DNA of 64,000 bases, taken from Alphaproteobacteria bacterium. GTDB lineage: Bacteria; Pseudomonadota; Alphaproteobacteria; UBA9219; RGZA01. Made by a program: the position numbers and the translations under genes. Of this stretch, positions 28,720 through 41,565 are shown in pieces. How positions within the stretch are numbered: position 1 is the stretch's first letter; every line of letters begins with the position of its first letter. The stretch is taken from contig JAKFVN010000017.1 in the NCBI GenBank assembly GCA_021732145.1, forward strand, positions 91,661 to 155,660. Reading direction: 5' to 3'. The notes beneath the pieces were generated by a model. The model was given only the letters and a program-made list of their open reading frames with translations. It made no database searches and was not told the origin of the DNA.

Positions 28720-29117
28720 TTATCGGCATTGGCAACGATATTTGCGATATTACGCGCATTGAAAAAACCTATGCCAAGTACGGGGAGCGTTTTTTAAAAC
28801 GCATTTTCACGCCCATTGAACAGAAAAAAGCATTGCAGCGTTCCAGCGTGCCGCCCACCTTGGCGAAACGCTTTGCGGCAAAGGAAGCCTGTGCCAAGGC
28901 ATTGGGCACGGGAATGAGCGCGGGCGTGTTCTGGAAGGACATGGGCGTTATGAATGACCCAAGAGGGAAGCCCACCCTTGCGCTGACAGGCGGCGCGCTA
29001 AAACGCCTTGAAGCCATGACCCCAAAAGGTCATACCGCCAGCATCCATTTGACCATTACGGATGAATATCCGCATGCACAGGCCTTCGTAATCATTGAAG
29101 CAATTAAAAAGGATTGA
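28716..29117 (+). CDS. acpS: Holo-[acyl-carrier-protein] synthase
   Basis: 133 aa, [16 protein letters not shown]..., overlaps the pdxJ stop. Confidence 0.85.
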
Positions 29118-29188
29118 CCAACCCCCCTTGACCAACCCTAGGCAAAGCGCCACATTCGCGCTTCAATCCACGCGTAAAGCAGTAGTTT

Positions 29189-30013
29189 ATGAAACAAAAT
29201 CAATCAGCCGTGCCTGCCAAAGAATCCCCAAAAGACGATGGCCTCTTTGAATTTCTTCGCACGCTAACCGTTGCCGCCCTCATTGCGATTGTGTTTCGCG
29301 CGTTCTTTTTTGAGCCATTCAGCATCCCATCGGGTTCTATGGTCCCAACCTTGCTGGTGGGTGATTATCTGTTTGTTTCAAAATACTCTTATGGCTATAG
29401 CGGGCTTTCCGTTGGTCTTGGTTTTTTGGAGCACAGCTTTGGCATCAAATTGCCTGAAGGCCGTTATGGTCAGGTGAACAAGCCGCAGCGCGGCGATGTG
29501 ATTGTGTTCAAGGTTCCCTATGATGGTAAAACGGATTACGTCAAACGCCTTATCGGATTGCCCGGCGATACCATTCAAATGGTTGAAGGCCGCTTGCATA
29601 TTAATGGTGAAGTTGTGCCGCGCGATGTTGCTGGCAGCTATAATATTACCGGCGATGATTTGGAAGAAGATCATGAAGCATTCCGCCAGCCCTTTAACCT
29701 GCCTGCGATTGAATATAATGAAACACTGCCCGCTGGCCGCCAGCACCACATTCTGGAAATGAGTGATGACAGGCAATTGGATGACACGCCGGCCTATAAA
29801 GTGCCCGAAGGCCATTACTTCGTGATGGGTGATAACCGCGATAATTCACAGGATAGCCGCGTCATGCGCCGTGTGGGCTTTGTGCCGGAAGAAAACCTGG
29901 TTGGCCGCGCGGAGTTTATTTTCTTCTCGCTCAAAAACGGTTCACCGTTCTGGCAAGTGTGGAAATGGCCAAGCCATTTGCGCTTTGACCGTATGCTAAA
30001 AGCTATTAAATGA
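29189..30013 (+). CDS. lepB: Signal peptidase I
   Basis: SGSMVPTL Ser box, KRLIGLPGD Lys box, GDNRDNSQDSR motif. Confidence 0.9.
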   Translation: MKQNQSAVPAKESPKDDGLFEFLRTLTVAALIAIVFRAFFFEPFSIPSGSMVPTLLVGDYLFVSKYSYGYSGLSVGLGFLEHSFGIKLPEGRYGQVNKPQRGDVIVFKVPYDGKTDYVKRLIGLPGDTIQMVEGRLHINGEVVPRDVAGSYNITGDDLEEDHEAFRQPFNLPAIEYNETLPAGRQHHILEMSDDRQLDDTPAYKVPEGHYFVMGDNRDNSQDSRVMRRVGFVPEENLVGRAEFIFFSLKNGSPFWQVWKWPSHLRFDRMLKAIK

Positions 30014-30690
30014 CACCGGCGCAGAAAAACCTCACTGCAAAACTGGGTTACACCTTTAAGGATGAAGCCCTGTTGCGCGATGCGATAACGCATCCCAGCC
30101 ATGACAGGGGCGATAAAAAAGCATCCAGCTATGAACGCCTGGAATTTCTGGGCGACCGTGTGTTGTCGCTGCTGGTTGCGGAATGGCTCTTTGAAATTTA
30201 CCCCAATGAAAGCGAAGGTGAATTAGCAAAGCGCCATGCTGCGCTCGTCAACCGCGATTGCTTGCTGGAAATTGCCGAAACGCTGGCGCTATCCGAATGC
30301 CTGCAACTGATTAATGCGGAAGATTTGCGCCGTGGCCGCGTGAATATCCTTTCCGATGCGCTCGAAGCGCTGATTGGTGCCATTTATAAAGATACATCGC
30401 AGCAATTGGATGTGCTGCGCAGCGTGGTGAAACAGCTATGGCAGCCTTTTATTCACCGTGAAGCTGCGCCGCAAGACGCAAAAAGCGCATTGCAGGAATG
30501 GGCGCAGGGCAAGGGGTTGCCGCTGCCGGAATACCGCGTCATCAGCCAATCGGGCCCCGTGCATGCACCGACCTTTGTTGTGTCGGTACAGGTTAAAGGG
30601 CACGAGGCGATTGAAGCAGATGGCGCATCAAAGCGTGATGCAGAAAAGAAAGCTGCAACTTTGCTATGGCAAAAACTGGTGAAGGCATGA
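30010..30690 (+). CDS. rnc: Ribonuclease III
   Basis: ERLEFLGD catalytic signature, C-terminal dsRBD. Confidence 0.9.
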   Translation: MTPAQKNLTAKLGYTFKDEALLRDAITHPSHDRGDKKASSYERLEFLGDRVLSLLVAEWLFEIYPNESEGELAKRHAALVNRDCLLEIAETLALSECLQLINAEDLRRGRVNILSDALEALIGAIYKDTSQQLDVLRSVVKQLWQPFIHREAAPQDAKSALQEWAQGKGLPLPEYRVISQSGPVHAPTFVVSVQVKGHEAIEADGASKRDAEKKAATLLWQKLVKA

Positions 30691-31595
30691 GCGAACAATC
30701 CTGCGGATATGTGACGTTGCTGGGTGTGCCGAATGCCGGTAAATCAACGCTGCTCAACCAAATCGTTGGTCAGAAATTGGCGATTGTCAGCGCAAAGCCG
30801 CAAACCACCCGTGCGCGCATGCTGGGCATCGTCATGGAAGGCGATGCGCAGATTATTTTTGTTGATACACCAGGTATTTTTAACCCAAAGAAGCCAATTG
30901 AAAAAGCTATGGTTGGTGCGGCATGGGGCGGCGCAGATGATGCGGATGTGATTTTGCTGGTGGTTGATGTAACGCACCGCCAGCCCGATAGCGGTACCCA
31001 GCAAATTCTGGAACACATTAAACAGCAGCATAAGAATAAACCCGTCTGGCTGGTAATGAACAAGGTGGACGCCGCAACCAATAAGGGCCGCTTATTGCCA
31101 ATCGTGGAAGCGCTGCATAAGGAATATGATTTCGCGCAGACATTCATGGTCTCCGCCAAAGACGGCGAGGGCGTAAAGGATATTATTGCCAAGCTTGGCA
31201 CATCGATGCCGAAGGGCCATTGGCTTTATGACCCTGAGCAAATCACCGATATGCCGGAACGCGTCATGGCAGCTGAAATCACGCGCGAGCAATTATTCCT
31301 GCAGCTATCGCAGGAACTGCCCTATAGCGCCACGGTTGAAACCGATGCATGGGAACAATTTGATAATGGGCAGGCCAAGGTTACCCAAACCATTTTCATC
31401 GAACGCGATGGGCAAAAAGCCATTGTGATTGGTAAGGGCGGCGAACAGTTAAAAGCCATTGGCGCAGCTGCACGCGAAGAAATGGCCAAGGCATTCGGCT
31501 TTAAAGTACATTTATTCCTTCACGTTAAAGTGAAGGAAGACTGGCAGGATCATAAAGAATTTTATGAAAGCCGTGGCCTGACCAAGCAGGACTGA
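30687..31595 (+). CDS. era: GTPase Era
   Basis: G1 motif GVPNAGKSTLLN, DTPG, NKVD, C-terminal KH domain. Start MSEQSCGYV overlaps the rnc stop (ATGA). Confidence 0.9.
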   Translation: MSEQSCGYVTLLGVPNAGKSTLLNQIVGQKLAIVSAKPQTTRARMLGIVMEGDAQIIFVDTPGIFNPKKPIEKAMVGAAWGGADDADVILLVVDVTHRQPDSGTQQILEHIKQQHKNKPVWLVMNKVDAATNKGRLLPIVEALHKEYDFAQTFMVSAKDGEGVKDIIAKLGTSMPKGHWLYDPEQITDMPERVMAAEITREQLFLQLSQELPYSATVETDAWEQFDNGQAKVTQTIFIERDGQKAIVIGKGGEQLKAIGAAAREEMAKAFGFKVHLFLHVKVKEDWQDHKEFYESRGLTKQD

Positions 31596-31610
31596 TTTTT
31601 ACCGCGCCCG

Positions 31611-32102
31611 TTACTTGCTACGCAATGTCGCACGCAGCATCCATGCGGTTTTATCCGCTTCGCGCAGCTGACCCGTCAGCAAATCTTCGCTATCCACATC
31701 ATCGGCATCATCCGCTGCTTCAATGCCTTCCTTGAGATCATGGGCCAGCGTTTCATAATCCGCCAGCAATTGCGCAATCATGCCTTGGGTGGATGGCACC
31801 TTGGTTTCTTCCACAATGTTGCCAAGGCGGGAGAATTGCGCGAAGGAAGCAGGGGCGTGGATGTCTAACGCGCGAAGGCGTTCAGCCACTTCATCGGCCT
31901 TTACAATCAACGCATCATACTGCGCTTCAAACATGGCGTGCAACTGCGGGAATTGCGGGCCTTCCACATTCCAGTGAAAGCCATGTGTTTTCAGCGCGAG
32001 TAAATAATTGTCTGCCAGCACTATGTTCAGGCTTTTTTGCACGGCATGGTGTGCCGGTGATTTGCGCGCTGGTTTCTTGGTCGCTTTTTTTGCTTTAGCC
32101 AT
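31611..32102 (-). CDS. dps: Dps-family DNA-binding ferritin-like protein
   Basis: 163 aa. Lys-rich N-tail, ferroxidase-site residues in the HW..G..F..LH..F..QYD context. Confidence 0.8.
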   Translation of the reverse strand: MAKAKKATKKPARKSPAHHAVQKSLNIVLADNYLLALKTHGFHWNVEGPQFPQLHAMFEAQYDALIVKADEVAERLRALDIHAPASFAQFSRLGNIVEETKVPSTQGMIAQLLADYETLAHDLKEGIEAADDADDVDSEDLLTGQLREADKTAWMLRATLRSK

Positions 32103-32120
32103 GATGTGTTCCTTGTAAGA

Positions 32121-34962
<2,842 letters not shown>

Positions 34963-35006
34963 GGCATTCAGTTATAGTTGCCATGCAGGTTTCTACATGA
35001 GTTCTC

Positions 35007-36242
35007 ATGGCCAATACCCTTGATAAAAAACATCTAACCCCTATTTCGCAGGCTGAACTTGATGTCGCAATCAAGAAGCACGCCATGTATGCAAATGCGA
35101 AAGTGGGCGGGGCGCGTGCAATCCTTAGCTATAAGGATTTATCGGGATTGGTATTGCGCGCGGTTGATTTATCCAGCGCGGATTTCAGCGGCTCCATGTT
35201 CTATGATGCCGATATGCGCAATTGCAAAATGGAAGGCAGTGTTTTCTTTTGCGCCAATTTACAAAAAGCACATTTGAATGATGCGCGCCTTGCGCGCATT
35301 GATTTGCGCGGCGCAAATATTCAAGGCGTCGATTTTTCCGGCGCGGATCTAACGCAGGCCGATATGCGCGAAGGTTCGATGGCCACCAAAGACCGCCGTG
35401 GCAATATCAGCGTGAAGCCGCTTGCAGGCGCAGCGCCAATGAAGGCCGATGGCAAGAAAACCGATGTTCCTGTGTACACGGATGATGTGGATGCGCGCGA
35501 AGCCCTGTTCATTGGCACGCGTATGCACCGCGCCATGCTGCGCGGCGCACGTATGCAGGGCGCGATTTTGGAAAATGCCGATTTAACCGGCGCGCAGATG
35601 GATGGCGCAAGCCTTCGTGAAGCCGTGCTGCTCAACACCACATTAGACGGTATTGAATTATCTCAGATTGATTTTGCCCATGCGCTGCGCGATGAAATTC
35701 AAGGGTTGGGTATTGAAGATACGTTTGAGCCCTTGCCGCAATTGTTCACGAAACATGCGGTCTGGGTTGAAAGCGGCGGGGTAATTGGTACGCGCCTTGA
35801 TTTAACGCGTTATGATTTGCGCGCGCATAAAAGCCAGTATATCGATTTCAAAGAACAGAATTTAATCATGATGAAAGCGCGTCAGGCGATTTTCTATCAT
35901 GTACGCTTCAGCAGCGCGCAAATTCAGGCATGCGATTTCCGCAATTGCGATTTCCGCCTTGCCCTGTTTGATAAGGCCGATTTGCGCGGCAGCGATTTTT
36001 CAGGTTCCAACATGATGCGCGCGCGCTTCCAGCTTGCGCTGCTTTATCCACTGAAACTTCCTGATGGCCGTATTGTTCCAACCAACATGAGCAATTGTAA
36101 TCTGCGCTATGCCGATTTTACCGGCGCGGATTTAAAGAGCGTGAATTTCACCGGCGCAGACCTTTCCTATGCCGATATGCGCGGCACGAATCTGGCGGGC
36201 GCGGATATCACTGGCGCAATCACTGAAAACACGCTGTTTTAA
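35007..36242 (+). CDS. Pentapeptide-repeat protein
   Basis: Long runs of A(D/N)L(S/T)x-type pentapeptides (ADLTGAQM, ANLAGADITGA, and so on). Confidence 0.75.
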   Translation: MANTLDKKHLTPISQAELDVAIKKHAMYANAKVGGARAILSYKDLSGLVLRAVDLSSADFSGSMFYDADMRNCKMEGSVFFCANLQKAHLNDARLARIDLRGANIQGVDFSGADLTQADMREGSMATKDRRGNISVKPLAGAAPMKADGKKTDVPVYTDDVDAREALFIGTRMHRAMLRGARMQGAILENADLTGAQMDGASLREAVLLNTTLDGIELSQIDFAHALRDEIQGLGIEDTFEPLPQLFTKHAVWVESGGVIGTRLDLTRYDLRAHKSQYIDFKEQNLIMMKARQAIFYHVRFSSAQIQACDFRNCDFRLALFDKADLRGSDFSGSNMMRARFQLALLYPLKLPDGRIVPTNMSNCNLRYADFTGADLKSVNFTGADLSYADMRGTNLAGADITGAITENTLF

Positions 36243-36292
36243 GCCCTAAAAACCCATTTTAGTTAGAACCGTTTTGGCATTAGAATGGCCTT

Positions 36293-38110
36293 ATGACCAT
36301 TCGTTTATTGCCATCACACCTTGTCAATCAAATCGCCGCTGGCGAAGTGATTGAACGGCCTGCCGCCGTTGCCAAGGAGCTTGTTGAAAACGCGCTTGAT
36401 GCGGGCGCAACCCGCGTTGATGTCACGACACGCGAAGGTGGTGTCAGCGCCATCACCGTTCAGGATAATGGCGATGGCATGAACGCGGATGAACTGAAAC
36501 TGGCGGTTGAACGTCACGCCACATCAAAGCTTCCTGAAGATAATCTTGAGCTGATTTCCAGCTTTGGCTTTCGCGGTGAAGCCTTGCCATCCATCGCGTC
36601 CGTCAGCCGCATGACGATTGCCAGCCGCAAACGCGGCAGCAGTGATGCATGGCAATTGCAGATTGATGGCGGCGCCATGCGCGATGTAAAACCAACGTCG
36701 CTTTCCCAAGGTACGCGCATTGATGTGCAGGATTTGTTTTATGCAACACCCGCACGGCTGAAATTCTTGAAATCCCTGCCAACCGAATACGGGCATATTC
36801 TGGAAACACTGGAGCGTTTGGCGATGGCCTGGCCCGGCGTAAGTTTTTCGTTGAGCGAAGAAGGCCGCAAGCCGTGGCGCTGCGAAGCCGTGCCGGGCCT
36901 GTTCCCTGAACAGCGTAAGGCACGTTTGGGTGCGATATTGGGCGCTGATTTTGCAGGTAACGCTGTGCCCGTTGATGCATCGCGAGCCAGCGTAAACTTA
37001 AGCGGGTGGATTGGATTGCCAACCCTGAACCGCGCCTTTGCGCGTGACCAATATTTATTCGTCAATAACCGCCCCGTGCGTGACCGCGTTTTATTGGGTG
37101 CGGTAAAGGCTGCTTACGGCGATTTAATTCCGCATGGCCGCCATGCCGTCGTCGCATTATTCTTGGATATGCCGATGGCGGAAGTGGATGTGAATGTTCA
37201 CCCCGCCAAACTGGAAGTGCGTTTCCGTGATGGCGCATTAATTCGCGGGCTTATCATCAGCACGCTTCGCCAGGCATTGCATGCAGAAGCCAAAGTCACA
37301 TCCAACACGCTTAGCGATGCAACCTTGCAAAGTTTTCAAAGCAGCCAAAGCTTTCAGCGCGCAGCATCGCCTTATGGCGCGCAGCCGTCTTATAGTTGGC
37401 AACAGCCGCCAGAACAACAACGTGAACAACAACGCAGCATGAGCGGGTTTAGCGATGTCGCGCAGCCATTTGGCCGCGATTTTGCCGCCGCAGCCCAGCA
37501 GGATAATTCACCTGTTGTGGAAGCGCAGGATTTTCCATTGGGCGCTGCACTCGCGCAAATCCATGAAACCTATATTGTTGCGCAAACCGCTGATGGCCTT
37601 GTGCTGGTTGACCAGCATGCTGCGCATGAACGCCTAACCTATGAACGCATGAAAACGGCGTTGGCGAGTGGCGGCGTGAAACGCCAAGGGTTGCTTATTC
37701 CTGAAGTGGTAGAATTGAGTGACCTTGATGCTACCCGCATCCTGGAAAAGCGAAGCGAGTTTGCGGAACTGGGTCTGATTATTGAATCCTTTGGCGGCAA
37801 TGCGGTGGTGGTGCATGAAATTCCAGCGCTGCTCAATAAAACAAATATTCAAAAATTGATTCAGGATTTAGCCGCCGAAATCGGTGAATGGGGCCATGCG
37901 ATTAGTCTCAAAGAAAAACTGGAAGAAGTGTGCTCGACCATCGCATGTCATGGTTCCATCCGCGCAGGACGCGCGCTGAACCGCGAAGAAATGAACACGC
38001 TGCTCCGCCAAATGGAAGCAACGCCGCATTCGGGTCAATGCAACCACGGTCGCCCGACTTATATTGAACTTAAGTTCAGCGACGTTGAAAAACTGTTCCA
38101 GCGCAAATAA
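36293..38110 (+). CDS. mutL: DNA mismatch repair protein MutL
   Basis: GHKL ATPase N-terminus (AAVAKELVENALDAGAT, DNGDGM), C-terminal dimerisation domain. Confidence 0.9.
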   Translation: MTIRLLPSHLVNQIAAGEVIERPAAVAKELVENALDAGATRVDVTTREGGVSAITVQDNGDGMNADELKLAVERHATSKLPEDNLELISSFGFRGEALPSIASVSRMTIASRKRGSSDAWQLQIDGGAMRDVKPTSLSQGTRIDVQDLFYATPARLKFLKSLPTEYGHILETLERLAMAWPGVSFSLSEEGRKPWRCEAVPGLFPEQRKARLGAILGADFAGNAVPVDASRASVNLSGWIGLPTLNRAFARDQYLFVNNRPVRDRVLLGAVKAAYGDLIPHGRHAVVALFLDMPMAEVDVNVHPAKLEVRFRDGALIRGLIISTLRQALHAEAKVTSNTLSDATLQSFQSSQSFQRAASPYGAQPSYSWQQPPEQQREQQRSMSGFSDVAQPFGRDFAAAAQQDNSPVVEAQDFPLGAALAQIHETYIVAQTADGLVLVDQHAAHERLTYERMKTALASGGVKRQGLLIPEVVELSDLDATRILEKRSEFAELGLIIESFGGNAVVVHEIPALLNKTNIQKLIQDLAAEIGEWGHAISLKEKLEEVCSTIACHGSIRAGRALNREEMNTLLRQMEATPHSGQCNHGRPTYIELKFSDVEKLFQRK

Positions 38111-39013
38111 ATGATAACCCTGCTTGAACCTTTTCTGGATATGCTGGTCGCCGAACGTAGCGTTTCCAAAAACACCAAAGCCGCCTATGAAGCTGATATT
38201 ATTCAGGCCGCGCAGTTCTTCACGCGCCGCAAGAAAGATATCGCCAGCGCTGATGAAAGCGATATTTCCGCATTTTTAAAATCCATATCCGCGCTCGCGC
38301 CAAAAAGCCGCGCACGCAAACTCTCGTCGCTCAAACAATATTATCGTTTCCTTGTTTCCGAAAATCACCGCAAGGATAACCCGACAACCGAACAGGAAGG
38401 GCCGAAGCTGGCGCGCAAGCTTCCCGATGTACTCAGCGTCGATGATATGCAAAAATTATTCGCGGCTGTTTCGGGAAACACGCCTGAATCCATCCGCATG
38501 AATGCGCTGCTGGAACTTGCCTATGGTTCGGGGCTGCGCGTTAGTGAACTCATGAGCCTTCCATTATCATCCTACAGCAATAAGCGCCGCGCCATGCTGG
38601 TGCGCGGAAAGGGCGATAAGGAACGCTTGGTGCCCTTATCGCAACCCGCGCATGCTGCCGTTGCAGCATACCTTGAAGTTCGCCAAAGGTTCTTGCCTAA
38701 AAAAGCAAAAGCATCGCCTTATCTTTTTCCATCGCATGGGAAGGATGGATATCTATCGCGCATCCGCTTTTATCAGATGCTGAAGGATGCTGCGGCCAAG
38801 GCAGGGCTGCCATTTAAAAAAATCCATCCGCATAGTTTGCGTCACGCCTTTGCAACGCATGTGTTATCGGGTGGCGCTGATTTGCGCAGCTTGCAGCAAA
38901 TGCTGGGTCATGCCGATATCGGTACAACACAAATTTATACCCATGTGGTGCGTGACCATTTGCAAAAAACCGTTGAAACACATCATCCATTGGCTAAAAA
39001 GCGCAAAAGTTAA
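38111..39013 (+). CDS. xerD: Tyrosine recombinase XerD (XerC/XerD family)
   Basis: 300 aa. Catalytic R...HxxR...Y pattern (HSLRHAFATH, IYTHV). No flanking att-like repeats or tRNA, so a chromosome-dimer resolvase rather than a mobile-element integrase. Confidence 0.8.
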   Translation: MITLLEPFLDMLVAERSVSKNTKAAYEADIIQAAQFFTRRKKDIASADESDISAFLKSISALAPKSRARKLSSLKQYYRFLVSENHRKDNPTTEQEGPKLARKLPDVLSVDDMQKLFAAVSGNTPESIRMNALLELAYGSGLRVSELMSLPLSSYSNKRRAMLVRGKGDKERLVPLSQPAHAAVAAYLEVRQRFLPKKAKASPYLFPSHGKDGYLSRIRFYQMLKDAAAKAGLPFKKIHPHSLRHAFATHVLSGGADLRSLQQMLGHADIGTTQIYTHVVRDHLQKTVETHHPLAKKRKS

Positions 39014-39076
39014 TGCGCCGATTTGCCATTCTTTGGCCGTTGTGCTATTTGCTTTGCTCCATTTTTTGAGGAACTG

Positions 39077-40033
39077 ATGCACTTATTAGATTTCGAACAA
39101 AGCGTTGCAGAACTGGAAGCCAAGATTGAAGAGCTTCGCCACCTTTCCGTCGGTGGCCAAGTCAGCATCGCGGGCGATGTTGCCAAACTGCAAGGCAAAC
39201 TCGATAAGCAGCTTAAAAGCCTTTATGCCAAACTGACCCCTGCACAAAAAGTGCAAGTTGCGCGTCATCCTGACCGCCCGCACACCATTGAAATTATCAA
39301 GAACCTGATTGAAGACTTCGTGCCGCTTTCGGGCGACCGTTTATTTGGCGATGATCAGGCAATTATTGGCGGCCTTGGCCGTTTCCGCGGCACAGCCGTA
39401 ATGGTCATGGGCCATGAACGCGGGCACGATACCGAAACGCGCTTAAAGCATAATTTCGGCATGGCTAAACCCGAAGGCTACCGTAAGGCACAACGCCTGA
39501 TGGAATTGGCTGCAAAATTCAATCTGCCGATTTTAAGTTTTGTGGACACCGCTGGCGCATTCCCCGGCGTTGATGCCGAAGCACGCGGCCAAGCCGAAGC
39601 GATTGCCAAGGGCATCGAAGTTTGTTTGCAAGTAGCAGTGCCATTCGTCACCACCATTATCGGTGAAGGCGGTTCGGGCGGTGCCATTGCGATTGCGGCG
39701 GCTGACCGCGTGTTGATGCTGGAACACGCGATTTATTCCGTGATTTCACCCGAAGGTTGCGCATCCATTTTATGGCGCAGCCCAACCCATGCCAGTGATG
39801 CCGCCGAAGCGCTTCGCCTGACCGCGCAGGATTTGAAGGAATTGGATGTAATTGATGAAATCGTGCCGGAACCTTTGGGCGGCGCGCACCGCCAGAAAGA
39901 GGAAACACTGGCGCGTCTCGCAGATGCGATAGAAAAGCACCTGAATGATTTGGTTGGCACGGAACCTGCCAAACTTATCAAAAACCGCCAGGACAAGTTT
40001 TTGAATATGGGTCAAAAAAGTCTGGCAGCTTAA
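39077..40033 (+). CDS. accA: Acetyl-CoA carboxylase carboxyltransferase alpha subunit
   Basis: 318 aa. MHLLDFEQSVAELEAKIEEL start, crotonase-like CT domain. Confidence 0.9.
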   Translation: MHLLDFEQSVAELEAKIEELRHLSVGGQVSIAGDVAKLQGKLDKQLKSLYAKLTPAQKVQVARHPDRPHTIEIIKNLIEDFVPLSGDRLFGDDQAIIGGLGRFRGTAVMVMGHERGHDTETRLKHNFGMAKPEGYRKAQRLMELAAKFNLPILSFVDTAGAFPGVDAEARGQAEAIAKGIEVCLQVAVPFVTTIIGEGGSGGAIAIAAADRVLMLEHAIYSVISPEGCASILWRSPTHASDAAEALRLTAQDLKELDVIDEIVPEPLGGAHRQKEETLARLADAIEKHLNDLVGTEPAKLIKNRQDKFLNMGQKSLAA

Positions 40034-40190
40034 CCACCCGGTAAATTACCGTGGCTGATTGTTACATAACCGACTCGGTTTATCGGGCTGCGACGCGGCT
40101 TCAGGCGTTTTTGCCTTGAATTATGCCTCGCGTTAATTAACATGAAGCCTTCATTTCGTTTCCCTATATCTCGTTCTTAAGGTGCTTCAC

Positions 40191-40505
40191 ATGCAATGCG
40201 AAAATTCCGGTCTTTGCGGCCGCCTCACTTTTATCGCCAGTGTTCTGGTATTGGTGATGTTTGTTATTAATGCTGGCTTCATCATGTCCAATCGTGCCTT
40301 GCAGGAAGATTTGATTGCGCAGCAAGCCGTGTTCACCGGCAAAAACAATAAAATTCAGCAAAACAGCACCTTTGCAAATATCAACCAAAGCCTCATTCAG
40401 GCTCTCACCACGGCGGTTATTGCGCGCAAGGATGAACAAATTAAAGCGCTGCTGATTCAAAACGAAGTGAACCTGTCTGGTATCGGCGGCGTGCCAAAGC
40501 AATAG
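40191..40505 (+). CDS. Small single-pass membrane protein (about 104 aa), hypothetical
   Basis: One N-terminal TM helix followed by a Gln-rich helical region. AAGG RBS about 10 nt upstream. GTG at 40182 is an alternative start. Confidence 0.4.
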   Translation: MQCENSGLCGRLTFIASVLVLVMFVINAGFIMSNRALQEDLIAQQAVFTGKNNKIQQNSTFANINQSLIQALTTAVIARKDEQIKALLIQNEVNLSGIGGVPKQ

Positions 40506-40543
40506 TTCCTAAACTCTATTCCATTTGAAATGAGGATTCCCCT

Positions 40544-40963
40544 ATGTCAGACCAAACCCAGAAATCAGTTACCATTCTTGCCGTAGCGCTGCTTGGTTTC
40601 ACCCTGTTCCAATTCACGCAGATTTTTGTCGATCGCGACAATATTCACGTGATGCAGGAACAAGTGAAGAAAAACATTGAACAAGCCGATAAGGTGCTTG
40701 CCGATAACCAGAAAATGCTGGACCAGTTGAACGCAATTGCAATTGGCACGCAGCGTTTGGCGGATGCAGGCAACGCCAACGCGAAGGAAATCGTGGTGCA
40801 GCTGAACCGCCTTGGCATCAAGATTAACCCAAACTTCAAGCCAGGTCAGGAAGGCCAGCCCGCACCGGCTGGCCAGCCCGTGCCTGCGCCAGCCCCTGCG
40901 GCGCATAGCAATGATGGCCCGCCAGTGGTGCCACCAGAGCCAAAGCCATCAGTTAAGCCATAA
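40544..40963 (+). CDS. Small membrane-anchored coiled-coil protein with Pro-rich C-terminus (139 aa), hypothetical
   Basis: N-terminal TM, coiled-coil-like middle, PAPAGQPVPAPAPAA tail. GAGG RBS. Confidence 0.5.
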   Translation: MSDQTQKSVTILAVALLGFTLFQFTQIFVDRDNIHVMQEQVKKNIEQADKVLADNQKMLDQLNAIAIGTQRLADAGNANAKEIVVQLNRLGIKINPNFKPGQEGQPAPAGQPVPAPAPAAHSNDGPPVVPPEPKPSVKP

Positions 40964-40991
40964 GCTCAATTCCGTTGAACGGTTTTTAAAT

Positions 40992-41020
40992 ATCCCCGCA
41001 AAAGCGGGGATATTTTTTTG
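40992..41020 (+). terminator. Rho-independent terminator
   Basis: ATCCCCGC-aaaa-GCGGGGAT followed by ATTTTTTTG: a perfect 8-bp stem plus T7. Confidence 0.75.
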
Positions 41021-41058
41021 TGATGATAAAATCCGCTTGGCTTTGTAATATATGTTTC

Positions 41059-41565
41059 ATGAGCGAAAACCCGAATTTAAAACCCTTTCCCGTTTCATGG
41101 GATGAGCTGCACCGTTATTCAAAGGCGCTTGCATGGCGGTTGCATGATGCCGCGCCAAAAGGCGAAACATGGAAAGGCATTATTGCCATTACGCGCGGTG
41201 GCTTGGTGCCAGCGGGCATTATCGCGCGCGAGCTTGAAATCCGCACCGTCGAAACCGTGTGCATCTCCAGCTACGACCACCAACAACAGCGCAAGGCCGA
41301 ATTACTGAAACCGGTGATGCAGGCGGTGGGCGATGGCAAGGGCTGGCTGGTGATTGATGATTTGGCGGATACCGGTCGAACACTGGAACTGGTGCGCCAG
41401 ATTCTGCCGCAGGCAACCTATGCAACCGTTTATGCCAAACCCATCGGCAAGCCGCTGGTTGACCATTACATCATGGAAGTAAGTCAGGATACGTGGATTT
41501 ATTTTCCGTGGGATGTTGAACTGCAATTCATCCAGCCCATTTCCGTGCAGCGTGGCAAACAGTGA
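41059..41565 (+). CDS. gpt: Xanthine-guanine phosphoribosyltransferase
   Basis: MSENPNLKPFPVSWDELHRYSKALAWRL... matches XGPRT. The PRPP loop is VIDDLADTG. Confidence 0.85.
   Translation: MSENPNLKPFPVSWDELHRYSKALAWRLHDAAPKGETWKGIIAITRGGLVPAGIIARELEIRTVETVCISSYDHQQQRKAELLKPVMQAVGDGKGWLVIDDLADTGRTLELVRQILPQATYATVYAKPIGKPLVDHYIMEVSQDTWIYFPWDVELQFIQPISVQRGKQ

Noticed and set aside
38111-39013. Tyrosine recombinase as a marker of an integrated mobile element
   Set aside because: The sequence fits chromosomal XerC/XerD. The flanking genes are core (mutL, accA). There is no adjacent tRNA, no direct repeats and no phage or plasmid genes.
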